From: Phyllobates terribilis
Lineage: Eukaryota
DNA length: 64,000 bases
Direction: 5' to 3'
NCBI RefSeq assembly: GCF_046119375.1
Contig: NW_027363092.1
Coordinates: 186,001-250,000 of the forward strand
Position 1 is the first letter of the stretch. Every line of letters begins with the position of its first letter. Of the stretch, positions 46,929 through 61,167 are shown piece by piece. A model generated the notes under the pieces. That model was given only the letters and a program-made list of their open reading frames with translations, was not told the DNA's origin and made no database searches. The translations under genes and the position numbers were made by a program.

Positions 46929-47719
46929 GGCTGCGTGCCCACTATGCATTTTTCAAGCGTTTTTGCCGCGGAATTTCCGCAGCAAAAACGCTTGGTAATA
47001 CGTGCCCCATGGTCCCCAATGATAATCCGCATGTTCTCTGCACATGCTGCGGATTATCATTGTGGAAAAATCTGCAGCATGTCCATTACTTCTTTGGAAA
47101 CGCGGCGTAATTGCCGCCATTGACTTGCATTGAATCGCATAATATCCGCATGACTACATGTGATATTAAGCGATTCAATGTGCGTATGGTACCCGGGTCT
47201 GGAGAAGAGGAGACTCTCCTCCAGACCCGGGTACCATAATACCTGTAAAAAAAATAAATAAAAATAAATAACATTTAACTTAAAAAATAAACATTATACT
47301 CGCCTTCTGATGGCCCCCGTCTCCTGTACGTTGCTTCCTGGCTCCCTGGCGGCTCGCGATGATGTAAAAGGACCTTCCACGACTTCATTTAGTCATGGAA
47401 GGTCCTTTTACACCATCACAAGACACCGGGGAGCCAGGACACAGCGGAGAGAAGACCGCGAGCCATCAGAAGGTGAGTATAAAGTGTTTTTTGTTTTATT
47501 TTTTTTATATTAGCATTTTTATTCTTTTTTTAACTATTAACTTGGTCACAGTATACAAGTCCATGTCGGTTGCATGGATTTATATAGTGTGACCAAGTTG
47601 TCAAGCATTTTCTCAGCATCTCCCTGGCAGGAAAAACGCATGTAAAATCCGCATATGTTTTTCCTGCCAGGGAGACGCTGAAAAAATCTGCAGCATTTCT
47701 GCATCGTGGGCACATAGCC
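46929..47719 (+). mobile_element. Intact Harbinger-like MITE, 791 bp
   Basis: Perfect TAA TSD; TIR ggctgcgtgcccac / gtgggcacatagcc; internal nested hairpins. Confidence 0.92.
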
Positions 47720-47796
47720 TAATTCAGAGTTCAAGGACGAATCGGCTGGTTCCTCCTCTCCGGCCTCCTCTGCAGATAGCGGCTCGGGCGCCATTG

Positions 47797-50700
47797 TTTT
47801 TCCCATTTCCCACGACAGCACCATAGAGAGAGAGAGGATCCACCCCAAGGATCGGGAACCTTGCAACTTTAACCCTCTATCACGCCGCTGGGCGAGTGAA
47901 GAACCTACCTGGTCCAAGGGGCTGAAGGCGCTGCAAGAAGCCGACCGTCAGATCAGTGACCTCTCCGGGAGCACTGGGGACGCCCGTGGCGCCGTTTCAG
48001 AAGCCGACCGCCGGATCAACAGGAGCATGGTGGGAGACATCGCGCGTTGTTGGGCAGGCAGAATGAATGACGTTAGTTCCGGGGGCATGGCCTAGTTCGG
48101 CATAGTGCTTCCCCGAAACCCCGTGCGGCGTCTTGACGTCATTTCCGGCGGTGCGATGCATCCCGTAGTGGTTAGTGCATCCCCGGGATAAGAGCGGTGG
48201 CATTATCTGGGGGGTGTGGCCTGTATTGGCTCTGTGCTTCCCCAGTGAACAAAGACTGTGGCCACTCCTATTTCTGGCTGGGGCAGTGTGGGGAGGGGGA
48301 TATAAAATGAAAGCCGCACAACCCCCCCCACCCCCATTCCCCTTTATTCTTCGGGTCGGCACGATACCAGATTCATAGTGGGGTTTTATGATTGACAGCG
48401 GTCACACACTAAAAGATTTTTTTTTTTGCAAAGAATAGTTTTTGCATCGACATATTTTGAGAGCTATAATTTTTCCATATTTCGGCCGACAGTCGTGTGA
48501 CGGCTCGTTTTTTGCGGGACGAGTTGACGTTTTTATTGGTACCATTTTCGGGCACGTGACACTTTTTGATCGCTTTCTATTCCGATTTTTTTGTTTTTGT
48601 TTTTTTAATGCAGTTCCACGTGTGGTAAAATTTATAAAGCAGCTTTATTTTTCAAGTCAGTACGTTTACAGCAATACTACATTTATAGTTTTTGTTTTGG
48701 TGCTTTTACACAATAAAAAAATATATATATACATATTTTTTAGAAAAAGTAATTTTTTGTGTAGCTTTATTCTGAGAGCTATAACTTTTTTATTTTTCGG
48801 CTGATGGAACTAATGGCGGCTTGTTTTTTGCGAGACAAGATGACGTTTTCAGTGGTACAATTTTTATTTGCATTTGTCTTTTTGATCGCAATTCATTGCA
48901 TTTTTTGTTTGGCGGTAAGATAAAGCATCGTTTTTATGCGTCTTTTTTTTTTTTTTTTACACTGTTCACTAAAGGAGTTAACTAGTGGGACAGTTTTGTA
49001 GGTCTAGACGCAGCGATAGCACATATGTGTACTTTTTTTTTTTTTTTTTTTTTCATAATTATGTATGGGTACAGTTTTTTTTTTTTTTTTTTCCTTTTTT
49101 GTAAAAAAAACTTTTACTATTTAATTTTTTTCACTTTCTGACACTTTTTGACCTTTTACATATTGTCCTATGGAACTTTCACTTTTTTACTCTGATCGCC
49201 TGTGTAGCATAGGAATGCAGCAGCACCCCCTGTGCTATACAGGCTGTGAGAGCTGCACAGGTAGAAGTTACTTTGATCTTGCACTGTGCATGATCAAAGT
49301 AACTTCTTGCTGTCTGGTGACCCTGATGTCGTCATGACAACCACCGGGTCCCGGCTCAGACATCGCGGGAAGCCGGAGAGGAGGTATCGGGCTCTTACCT
49401 CCCCTTGCCACCGGAATGCTGTGATCAACTTGGATCACACCATTTCGGGGGTTAATGTGCAGGGAGCGGTTCGGGACCGCTCCCTGCACAATCAGCTGAC
49501 ACCCGGCGACTATCTCTCCCGCACCGCTTGTGTGCAAGCGTGATCACAGTATGAAGTAATAGCACATCCCTGTCCCAATAGGCCCAGGTCACCATGACTT
49601 ACTATTACCATATATGTACATATGTCAGAAAAGGGGTTAATCTCCACCCCTTGTAAATTCTAGAAAAAAAACTACATCAGATATTTATTCCAGGATATGG
49701 GGAAAATTCCTGGAGTTTTCTGGGATAGATACTCTAAAAAGCTTCGGGGACCCGTGGATCTCTGTCCTGGAATTTCTGCAGAAGGAGTAGGAGATGGGAT
49801 TGAAAAAGAACATCCTTAAAGTCCACACGGCAGCTTTAGGAGCTTATTTTTTACAAAAAAATCGTAGACCATCCCTTGGTAATTAAGTTCTTTAAGGCAG
49901 TCAGTCTCTCGAAGTCTATTCCTCAGACAAAAGCTGCTCCTTGGAACCTAAACCTAGTCCTTAAAGCACTGAGCCTATATCAGGTTGTTTGATAAAAAAA
50001 TCTGACCTTAAAAACTGTCCTTTTGGTGGCTCTCACACTGGCTGGAAATGTGGGGGAGATACATCTCGGGGGAGAAGATCTGCCCTTTACTCTGTTTCTG
50101 CCAGACAGAGTTATAATTACCCCGACCCTGCCTTTCTCCGAAATGTAGTTTCTACCTACCATAGATCCCAGGAAATAGTATTACCGTCCTTCTGCGAGAA
50201 CCCAAAGAATGAAGGGGAAAGGGAATTCCACACCCTGGATGTTAAAAGATGCCTTCTGCAATATTTGGAATCAAGCAGGGAATTCAGGAAATCTACCTCC
50301 CTGTTTGTTCTTTTCCAGGGTCCCGGGAAAGGCCAGGCCGCTTCCAGAGGATCCATAGCCAGATAGGACAATCCCTATCCTGACCCATCTACACTTCGGG
50401 AGGTTTCCCCCCTCCCGATAATATTAAAGCACACTCCACAAAGGCAGTCTCTACATCATAGGTAGAGAGGGCTAATGCTTCTCTAGAACAAATCTGTAGG
50501 GCTGCCACGTGATAAGATTTGGGTGCTGGGGACTTGTCTTTCGGAAGAAAAGTCTTACAAGCTGTGGTCCCTCCCTAGGGGATTCCTTTGAAATCTCTCT
50601 CTATGGTGCTGTTGTGGGGAATGCGAAAAATGCTGATTACTTAACGGTAATCGGATTCTCCAGAACCCGCGACGGCACCATTACTTATTCCCTTCCTTCT

Positions 50701-51020
50701 TACCTCTCCTTGGTGAATGGTGCACATCTGATTTGCAGGGTTTTGCAAAGAAAAAAAAGCAGATGGATATACCTTTTCACGCATTTAGTCAAGTATAAGC
50801 TGTGATATGGCACCATTACAATGTCATGAATTTGAAAAACCGTATGTGTGTCTATCTAAACTAATAAACAGAGTTCATCTAATGCTATGTAAACCACTGT
50901 GGCGTGATATAGGACTACTCCTTTTTAAAGTTGTAGGGTTTCCTGTCCTTGAGGCGGATCCTTTCTATGGTGCTGTCGTGGGTTCTGGAAAATCCGTTTA
51001 CCGATAAGTAATCCTCATTT
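47797..51020 (+). mobile_element. DIRS copy I: 5' UTR + YR remnant + ICR + ITR (gag/RT lost)
   Basis: Start ttttcccatttcccacgacagcacc matches the ICR junction (50600-50672); YR fragments 49640-50580; TTT junctions. Confidence 0.88.
48170..49636. mobile_element. Right part of a piggyBac-like element within DIRS-I
   Basis: Similar to 3800-4700; ends aaaagggg|TTAA; left end missing. Confidence 0.7.
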
Positions 51021-52121
51021 TCCACTAGAAGTGGATAGACTGGTAAAAGCAGTCAGATCCATGATGGACATTATGGACACTAGGCCTGAAAAATCTGTGC
51101 AGGATATAATGTACCGGGGGCCTAGGTCAAAGAAAATTGAAATCCTTTCCGTTAAATAAAAGGACCTGGGCTTTAGTACAGAGTGGAAGAAACCAGAAGA
51201 GAGGCTCTCTTCCTCCATCCTTCAAAAGAAAATATCTATTTGAGCCTTCCTTATCATTTTTGGATAAAGCCTCTAAACTGGACATGGCAAGAACTAAGAA
51301 AGCGGATTCTTTTCTTAAGGGTACATGGGAGACATCCGCAGGAGCCCTGAAACCGGCAGTTGCAGCAACATGTACTGCCAGGTCCTTGATGATCTGACTG
51401 GATTGGTTGGCATACCAGTAAAAGGACAGAGTGGCAAGGGATAACATCTTGGCTACTATTTTGCTTATACGGGGGGCAGCTGCTTTCCTATGTGATGCTT
51501 CTGCAGACTCTGTAAGGTTGCTGGCTAGATCGTCGCCCTTTTTAATGCTGCCTGAAGGGCTTTGTGGCTAAAGTGCTGGCCTGGGGACTTTCAGGCCAGA
51601 TCGAGACTGTTCCATCCCGTGTGAGGGAGAATAACTCTATGACCTAGCCCTGGACGAAATCCTGGGGAAAATGGGGGATGCCAAAAAGGGATTCCCTAGT
51701 CTGTCTATTCCTATTTACAGACGATCCTTCCGAAAGAAGAAGTTTGTCCGAAGGAGACCTCCCAGGGAACAAGGAAAATGGGATGATTGCAGAAGGAAAG
51801 GTGGAGGCCTCATGTTCTGAACCTCTTTGCAGGAGACCAGGAAATCTGGTCAATGACTCCCGGCCCAGACAGGGGGAAGGCTTTCGTCCTTCCCTGCCTG
51901 GGAGGGTATTTTGGCCAGTTGGTAGTTCCTCAACCTGTTTTGATCCAGATTGAGATTGGAACTCCAGTTGGACCCACAAGGAAGATTTGTTTTGACTACT
52001 TCCCTCTCATTCAAATAAGCAACCCTTACTGTAGTCCTGAAGGAAATCTGAAGGCTCTGAACAAACTCCCAAAGGTTCAGTCCTTTTAAGGTGGAATCCA
52101 TTAAATCAGCAATAAAGTTGC

Positions 52122-55100
52122 TTTCCAGGATGTCCCTCCTGACAGCACCTCAGGAGGATGTCTTTCATATCTGGTAGGGACAGGAAACAGAGTTTAAAAG
52201 GGGCCACCCTCCACCCATACCTTCAGTGTTTTTCCAATCCCTATCGGAGACAGGACGCAGGAGCTCCTGTTGCTGGATGCAGGAGGATCTGGATGGGGTC
52301 CTTGCACTCCTCCCCTTCCTTCTGACGCTGTCCGGAGGCCAACACCCTGCCAGACAAGGGGTCCCTCAGCCTGGCCGGTCGAGCGGTGGCTCCCGAAGTG
52401 GACTGTTTTCCCCCGCAAAGAGGGGGCTCTGTGTCCATGTTGCTGCAGCCCTGCGCCCGGTCCTGATGCGCGCACGGAAGAAGACTATGCGGCACTTCCG
52501 GTTACAGAGGCAGTGGAACGCATGCCTCTAGTAACCTGCGTGCGTTCCACGCTGAAACGCACTTCCGGTTCCTGTTTTTGTTTGAAAAAATGGGCTCCTA
52601 TCCGAAAATTAAAGGAGAAACTCCTGAATTGACGAGTCAGAGGGAAGACAGGTGAGACCAAAAAGCTATTTAAACCCCAGTATGCTCTGGGGCTGGATCT
52701 GAGGTATCACAGTGTCTTGGTCACCAGCCATGGAAGGATTAACCACTGGTCTCCCTGATAAGCCAGCAGAAACCCTGATACAAGTAAGCCTGGACCTAGA
52801 CAAAAAAGACCCTGATGGGAGATGGAATCTAGTTCTGAGGAGGATGAGGAACGGTCAGTTTACTCCGACCCTAAACAGGATGAAGGAGAAGGCTCTATTT
52901 CAGTTCCCCCAGAAGAAAGGAATAAAATTTTATTTTTTCATGGGAGAACACTGAACCACTTTTATCAGCGATCAGGTTGACTATGAAAGTTGAAGACCAC
53001 CTCCAGCCCTCCTCGATACAAGATGAAATGTTCGGAGGGTTGAGAACCCGAATGAACAGTATTCCCGGACAAAAATCATATTAAAGCAATGATCTTTGAG
53101 GAATAGGAGGAAGTAGTGAAGAGCGTAGTCATTCCTAGAAGTTTCAGATCCAGTTTGCCTTAAGAATCAGAAGAAATTAAGCTGTGGGAAGAAATTCCAA
53201 AGATTGACTTTCCAATAGCTAGGGTAGCAAAGAAAAATGTTGATTCCTTTTGAAGACTCGTCATGCTTAAAAGACCCTATGGACAGGAAGGCAGACAACT
53301 CAAAAAGACCTTTGAAACCGCAGCTTGTGTAATCAAAAGAAACATTGCAGCAACTTCGGTAGCAAGATCCATGATAATTTGGTTGGAACAATTGGAAGGC
53401 CATCTGAGAAACAAAACCTCCAGAGGAGATCCGAGACTCGATCCCTCTACTAAGAATGGCAACAGAATTTATGTCTGACTCCTCAGCTGCATCAATAAGG
53501 TTTGCCGCAAAAAATGACGCTTTAGCTAGTACAGCCAGACGAGCAATATGGCTAAAAACCTGGTCTGGAGATAACCACTCCAAAAACAAGTTGTGCTCCA
53601 TACCTTTTTCTGGCCTTCGAGTGTTCGGCCCGGTTCTAGGTGATATGCTAGAAAAGTCCTCGGACGAAAAAGGTTTTCCGGAAGAAAAACCCAGGAAAAC
53701 ATCCTTTCGGAGACCACGTCCCCAACAGAGACCAGAATACTCTGGGAATGGAAAATCGGGTAGATGGAACTACCTGAAAGGAAGTAAAAGCAGGAGTTCC
53801 TTTCCTAGTTTGGGAAATGGCTTGTCTAGCCAATGACGCTATTAGAGTAGGAAGGAGACTCAAACACTTTCTAGGGGCTTGGTCGGGGTATCCAGCAGTC
53901 CATGGATACTCCGGTTAATTGCAGATGGGTACAAGTTAGAGATGGTAAAGGTTCCTCAGGAGAGATTCCATCTAACAACTGCACAGTCCCCATTAGTCCA
54001 ACAAAGATTGCTGACGTCAAGAAACTGTTACTAGCAGGGGTAGTAATACCGGTGCCAGTGGCCGAACAGTTTTCGGGAAACTACTCAAGCCTGTTCTTGA
54101 TTGTTTTTTAAAAAAAATCGGGAGGTAACTAACGTACAATTATAAACCTAAACTCGTTAAACAGGTCAGTGGCGTACAAAAAATTCAAAATGGAATCCCT
54201 CAGATCCACCATTCCCCTGGTCAGAGAGAACATGGTGATGTGCATGTTGGACCTCAAGGAGGCATATTATCATGTACTCATTCACCCCCACAGCCAGAAA
54301 TATCTAAGATTCGCATTGGAAGTCGGGCACAATGTCCAGCATTCATTATCAGCTCCGATGCCTCCTGTTTGGTCTCTCCTCAGCTCCACGCATTTTCACC
54401 AAACTAGTAGCTGAGGTTATGGCTTTCCTAAGAGAACAAGGAGTTCTGATAGTCCAGTACCTGGACGATTCCCTTCTAATGGCAGATTCTCCCTAGCATT
54501 TAAGAGCCAGTTTATCATCAACCTTAGTTCTAAAGAATCTAGGTTGGATTACAAACTGGAAAAAAATCAGATTTTTTTTTTACCGGGAATAGAAGATTTT
54601 TCTAGGGATTCTTCTGGACTCGGAAAGACAGATGTCCCTCCTTGCGGAAGAAAAACGAACGGATCTCAGAGACAAGATCATCACCTTTGGGAAGAAATCA
54701 AAGGTGGCAATCAGAGAATGCATGAAGATCTTGGGTCTGACAGCCTCCACATCTGCGGTTCGGTGAAGCCAATTTCATTCAAGGCCTCTTCAGCACCAAA
54801 TCCTAACATCCTGGAACAGAAAGATGGATGGTCTGTACAAGAAGATAATCTTGTCAGGAACAACAAAGGAATCTCTGAAGTGGTGGATTTCAAGAACCAA
54901 CTTAGAGAGGGGAGTTATGTGGAAGTTGACACGATTCATCACCCTTACCACCGACGCAAGCAGCAAAGGCTGGGGAGCACAGGTGAAAGATCGGTACCTA
55001 CAAGGCACCTGGGGGGCACAATACCTTCTTGCATCATCGAGCCTAAGAGAACTCCAACAGTCTGGAAAACATTGAAAGCATGTCACATGGATCTGAAACA

Positions 55101-57869
55101 TCAACATATCAGAGTCCTGTCAGACAATATGACGACTGTGGCTTTCCTCAGATATCAAGGGGGGCCAAGACCTCATCAACTGCAACCCTTATTGAACAAA
55201 ATCTTTCGGTGGGCCGACAAGACTGTACTTTCAATAACTGCTATATATCTGAAAGGTTTTCAGAACTGTGGCAGACTTCCTCAGTCGGAAGACTATACAA
55301 CATAGCGTGGGAACTGAATTGGATGGAGTTCCATCGCATAGAACTCAGATGGGTTCTCCTCAATTCGATCTAGAAAGAATGCAAAAACAAAAGAATCTTT
55401 CTCCCTCATCCCAACAGACAGACCAACAGGAGTAGATGCTCTGTCCCAGAAATGGAACATGGACCTTGCTTACGCATTTCCTCCTCTACCCTTAATTCCA
55501 CTAGTGTTAAGGAAGATACAGGAAGAACGGGCCAAGGTAAGAATAATCCTACCCTTCTGGCCCAAGAGGAGCTGGTTTCCTTTGCTGAAGAAGATGGCCC
55601 TGGAAGATCCAATTATTCTACCAGAAAAAGATCTATTCTTCCAAGGACCATTATACCATCCCAAGGTAAAATGTTTACAACTTTTAGTCTGGATCCTGAA
55701 AGGAAGATCCTAAGGTCCAAAGGACTCTCTGATGTGGTAATATCAACAATGAAAAATAGTAGAAAACCTGTAACATCAGCAATCTACACAAAAATATGAA
55801 AGAAGTTTTGTACGCTATACGGGGAATCTGCAATGGAAGATTCTAGTCGTAATATCTCAGAGGTATTAGAATTCCTGCAGGCTCGTTTTGACAAAGATCT
55901 AAGACCTAGCACTCTAAAGGTGCAGGTTGTTGCTCTGAGTGCTGTCATGAATTTCCCCCAAGCACGTCATCCATGTATCGAGAGGTTCATTAAAGCCACA
56001 ACGAGAATGAGACAGACAGTAAAAAATCATATGCCTCCTTGGGATTTGAATGCAGTCTTAAGTAATCTGTGCAAACAACCTTATGAACCCCTTGGAGAGG
56101 TGAGTTAAAAATTTCAAGACTGCTTTTCTAGTGGCTATAACAATGGCGAGACGCATCGGAGAGATACAAGCTTTCTCAATAAAAGATCCCTACTTAAAGA
56201 TTCTGGACGACTGTATCATCCTCAGACTTGATCCAGCATTTTTGCCAAAAGTGGTTACACCGTTTCACATGAATCAGGAAATAGTTCTGCCCTCGTTTTG
56301 TCAGGACCATAAAAAATGAACAAGAGCTAGCCTTTCATTCCCTAGATGTCAGAAGACTAGTTCTTCAGTATTTAGAAACTACAAAAGACTGGCAAGTTGG
56401 CTCTAATCTGATTGTACAATTCGCAGGTAAAAACAAAGGGAAAAAGGCATGAAAAAATGACTCTGGCAAGGTGGTTCACATCGGTGATACATTTTGCCTA
56501 TTCTTCAGAAGGAAAAACTCTTCCAGGTAATATCAGAGCCCATTCTACTCGTACAATGGCCACATCATGGGCAGAACGAACTGGTGCATCTATGGATCAA
56601 ATATGTAGGGCTGCAACATGGACAAGCCTAAACACCTTTTGCAGACACTATAAGCTGGATGTTCTGTCTAATCAAAAAATGGCTTTCGGCAGGAAAGTTC
56701 TCCAAGCTATAATCTCTCCCTGAGGCTGCGTGCCCACGTTGCGTATTACAAGCGTATATGCTGCGGAATTTCAGCAGCGTAAACTCTTGTAAAACGCATG
56801 TATATCCGCACCCCATGGTCCCCAATGGCATTCCGCAATGTCAGTGCCCATGCTGCGGATTTTTCCGCAGCGTATATGCTGCGGTCAAAAATCCGCAGCA
56901 TGTTCATTAATTTTGCGGAAGCGCAGCGGAATCAATGTGCGGATGGTACCCAGGTCTGGATGAGAGGAGACTCTCATCCAGACCTGGGTACCAAAGAACC
57001 TGTAAAAAAAATAAATAATAAAGTTTATACTTATCTTCTGATGTCTTCCCGGTGTTTTCCCGCCGTCGCGCTGTTGTATGAAGGACCTGCGACGTCATTG
57101 AGTCATGTGACCCATCACATGACTCAATGACGTCACCGCAGGTCCTGCACACAACAGCGTGAGCAGCTCAAAACTCCGGACGGGGCAGAGAATGCATCGG
57201 AAAGTGAGTATAAACTTCATTTTTTTTTTTTTTTTTACCATTGATTCTTTTTTTTTTAACTATTACTTGGTCACACTATATAAATCCATGCCGGTTGCAT
57301 GGATTTATGTAGTGTGAACAAGTTGTCAAGCACTTTTCCAAGTGATGCTTAAATCACTCGGAGAAGTGCTTGATAACCCGCATGCGGAAATGCGTGCAAA
57401 GGCGCCTCACAAACGCTTCTACCTGGCGGGAAAACCGCATGTAAAATCCGCATGCGATTTTCCCGCCAGGGAGAAGCGTAAAAAATATGCTTCAGTTCCG
57501 CAACGTGGGCACATAGCCTGAATGTATACTCTGGTAATCTCCTGAGGTACTGTCAGGAGGGATGTCCTGGAAAGTAGGTATTAGACCTACCGGTAATGGG
57601 TTTTCCAGGAGTCCCTCATGACAGCACCCATTACATCCCCCCCCCACTAATATACCAATCTACTGTGTGATGTCAACATAGATAGAAGGAAGCTAAATAA
57701 AATAGCGTTGCATCCATCCTTGTGTGGTACTTGGAAAATCATTGAAGTTATGTCTGGAGGAGGGGTGGAGGGGCTTTTAAACTCTCCTGTGTTTGAAGGA
57801 CGTCCTCCTGAGGTGCTTTCATGAGCGACTCCTGGAAAACCCATTACCGGTAGGTCTAATACCTCCTTT
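52122..57869 (+). mobile_element. DIRS copy H (decayed, most domains present)
   Basis: tttccaggatgtccctcc start, ICR 57540-57630, end taatacctccttt; gag 52730-53836, RT/RH/MT 53840-55713, YR 55700-56723. Confidence 0.92.
56724..57518 (+). mobile_element. Harbinger-like MITE inserted at the YR stop codon of DIRS-H
   Basis: Perfect TGA TSD (56721-56723, 57519-57521) equals the stop of ...QAIISP*. Confidence 0.92.
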
Positions 57870-57929
57870 TTCCTGGTTGTTTCATGGTAGTCCTGGATTT
57901 TAAAGATTCATACTATCATGTACCTATAC

Positions 57930-58330
57930 TGTCACGCCAGGGCAGAGATGCGCCCAGCGTGCGACACAAAGGGAGGTGGTGAGGGAGCTGGGAAAGTAGA
58001 GCTCTGACTATGGGGAGAGGGAAAAGATGGTGACCCCTTAAAGGGAATCTCTCACCCCCTGGGAGTTATCAGACCTCTAATATGGGCGTACAGGTTATAG
58101 AAATGTAAATCTATACATACCTGTATGTCTCATATTAGCGATCTGATTGCAGAGAAATGTCTTTATAAAATCCATTTTCATATGCTTGGCGCCTGGGGGA
58201 CGCCAAGAAATCCCTGCCTATCTGCTTAATTTCCATATCCCTCCCCTCCCCTGCACGTCACAGGGCCCTGTGACGTGCACTCTTCTCGTTCTCATCCCGC
58301 GCATGCGCAAAGCGCCTCTAACGTGAGGCA

Positions 58331-58381
<51 letters not shown>

Positions 58382-59011
58382 CCCGGCCCCATTTTTCCCT
58401 GCAGTGGGTCTAGTGCGCATGTGTTGGGGAGTCAGATTTAACACTCACCTCATACTGAAACCTGTGCTTACTATCGCCTTATACGGGTTCTTCACCCCAC
58501 CCATGTTCTGTCATGTTCCTAAGCCCCAGCTGACCTTGGGTCGTAGCTCTAGATAGTGAGCTGGGCAGAAAGACACTAGTCTTACTACTACCATCATCAG
58601 ACAACACAGGGAAAGTGGCAGACAGGGGAAACACACAAACAAATGGAAATCCACGTTAATCAAAAGGAACACAAACAACTTCTCTAAGGACTCTAAAGCT
58701 TCTCGAGGAACACCACAGCTACAAAAGGTAAGGAAGGCACAGGATAGAAAAACCTATTTCTGGCATGGGAGGAAGCCAAGAGTAAGCTTAAATAGTGATG
58801 GAGTAGTACCTATAAGCAGCAGCTGAGACCAAAGCCAAATGGAATCTCAACAGACTTAAAATAATAATTTAACACCTTCCGTACCAAAAGAAACAATAAA
58901 CCTGCATCACTCATGTGAATGGACATGTAGACTCCAAAAAGGACCTGTGATCAGCTAATCTCAGTGGTCTTTTGATCACAGGTCCCAGCAGGGTGCGGCA
59001 CACTCATGACA
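57930..59011. mobile_element. Probable solo LTR (TG...CA) with a nested Kolobok-like fragment from TTAA 58038
   Basis: tgtcacg...catgaca ends, imperfect 5-bp TSD tatac/cataa, host RT frame restored on removal. Confidence 0.7.
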
Positions 59012-60036
59012 CATAAATATAGAACATCAAAAATATGTTAGAGTTGCAATAGCCATTGACTGGGTGGTTAGGCACTTTCAATTTAGGGCCCTCCCATTTG
59101 GACTGGCGGTAGCACCTGTGGTCTTCACAAAGGTGATTACGGAGGTCATGGCTCATCTCCGGGAAAAGGATGTGTTGATCATCCCATATCTAAATGATTT
59201 CCTGGTGGTAGGTAAATCAATCCTCCAGTGTAAGAGTCTGCTAGAAGAAGTGATGACTACTCTAAAGAGCGTGGGCCAACTATTGAATCTTAAGTCTAGA
59301 TTAGAATCCCAAAAGATTCAAGAGGTTCTGGGACTCCTTTTGAACTCGGAAGTGCAAGAGTGTCACCTCCCAGTGATTAAAATAGAAAAGATCCAGTGCC
59401 TAGTAAAGCGAGCCATAGAAATCCCTTAGGAGTGCAATGTCCCTACTGGGTACTTTAATCTCAGGCTTTCCGGCAGTCCTGTGGGCCCAGTTTTATTCCT
59501 GGGTTATGCAATGGGACGTTTTGCTTAGCTAGGTCCTCCCCTAGGGGGCACCTGGAAGGCAGGATGACTCTATCCCTTCAGACAGTGCATTCCCTCTTGA
59601 GGTGATTAGATGGATGAAACCATCCTCTAAGACAGTGTTTCCCAAACTCCAGTCCTTACTTCCCCCACAGGTCATGTTTTCAGGATCTCCTTAGTATTAC
59701 ACAGGTGAGAGAATTCCTGATGCTTTGATAGTATTACACAGGTGATGGAAATACTAAGGAAATTCTGAAAACATGACCTGTGCGGGCCGTGAGGACTGGA
59801 GTTTGGGAAAGACCGCTCTAAGACCAGGGCAATGGGAGCCGAGTCAGAACATCTTCAATAAGAGAGTTCGGATTTGGGTCTCCCGGTATAGACCTTTTTG
59901 TCAGCAAACTAAACCAAAAGGTGAAGGAGTTATGCTCCTTGGATCCTAGAGAGAATGCTTTAGTGGTAGATGATTTCCTGGCCCCGTGGGATTTCAGCCT
60001 GGCTTATGCCTTCCCTCCAGTAACCCTGATGCCAAA

Positions 60037-61167
60037 CAGGTGCATCTCACTAAATTAGAATATCATGAAACCATTAATTTATTTCAGTTCTTCAATACAA
60101 AAAGTGAAACTCATATATTATATAGTCATTACAAACAGTGATCTATTTCAAGTGTTAATTTCTGTTAATGTTGATTATTATGGCTTACAGCCAATGAAAA
60201 CACAAAATTCATTATTTCAGTAAATTAAAATAATTGACAAAAAACACCTGTAAAGGTTTCCTAAGCATTTAAAAAGGTCCCTTAGTCTGTTTCAGTAGGC
60301 TCCACAATCATGGGAAGACTGCTGACTTGACAGATGTCCAGAAGGCAGTCATTGACTAACTTCACAAGGTCCCAGAGTCTGGAGGAAGAGTGGAGAGGCA
60401 CAGAATCCAAGCTGCTTGAGGTCTAGTGTGAAGTTTCCACAATCAGTGATGGTTTGGGGAGCCATGTCATCTGCTGGTGTAGGTCCACTGTGTTTTATCA
60501 AGACCAAAGTCAGCGCACCCGTCTACCAGGAAATTTTAGAGCACTTCATGCTTCCCTCTGCCGACAAGCTTTTTGGAGATGGAAATTTCATTCTCCAGCA
60601 GGACTTGGCACCTGTCCAAACTGCCAAAAGTACCAATACCTGGTTTAAATCAACAGTATCACTGTGCTTGATTGGCCAGCAAACTCGCCTGACCTTAACC
60701 CCTTAGAGAATCTATGGGATATTGTCAAGAGGAAGGGAAGATGAGACACCAGACCCAACAATGCAGACAAGCTGAAGGCTGCTATCAAAGCAACCTGGGC
60801 TTCCATAACACCTCAGCAGTGCCACAGGCTGATCGCCTCCATGCCACGCCACATTGATGCAGTAATTGATGCAAAAGCAGCCCCAACTAAGTATTGAGTG
60901 CATTTACTAAATGTACATTTCAGTAGGCCAACATTTTGGATTTTAAAAAACGTTTTTCAAGCTGTAGTTAAGTATTCTAATTCATTGAGATAATGACTTT
61001 AGTGTTTTCATTGGCTGTAAGCCATAATCATCAACATTAACAGAAATAAACACTTGAAATAGATCACTCTGTTTGTAATGACTCTATATAATGAGTATCA
61101 ATTTATTCAGTTCTTCAATAAAATAAGTAACTTTTTGATGATATTCTAATTTAATGAGATGCACCTG
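60037..61167 (+). mobile_element. Tc1/mariner element, internally deleted
   Basis: TIR caggtgcatctca ... tgagatgcacctg|TA; transposase fragments [30 protein letters not shown]. Confidence 0.92.
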
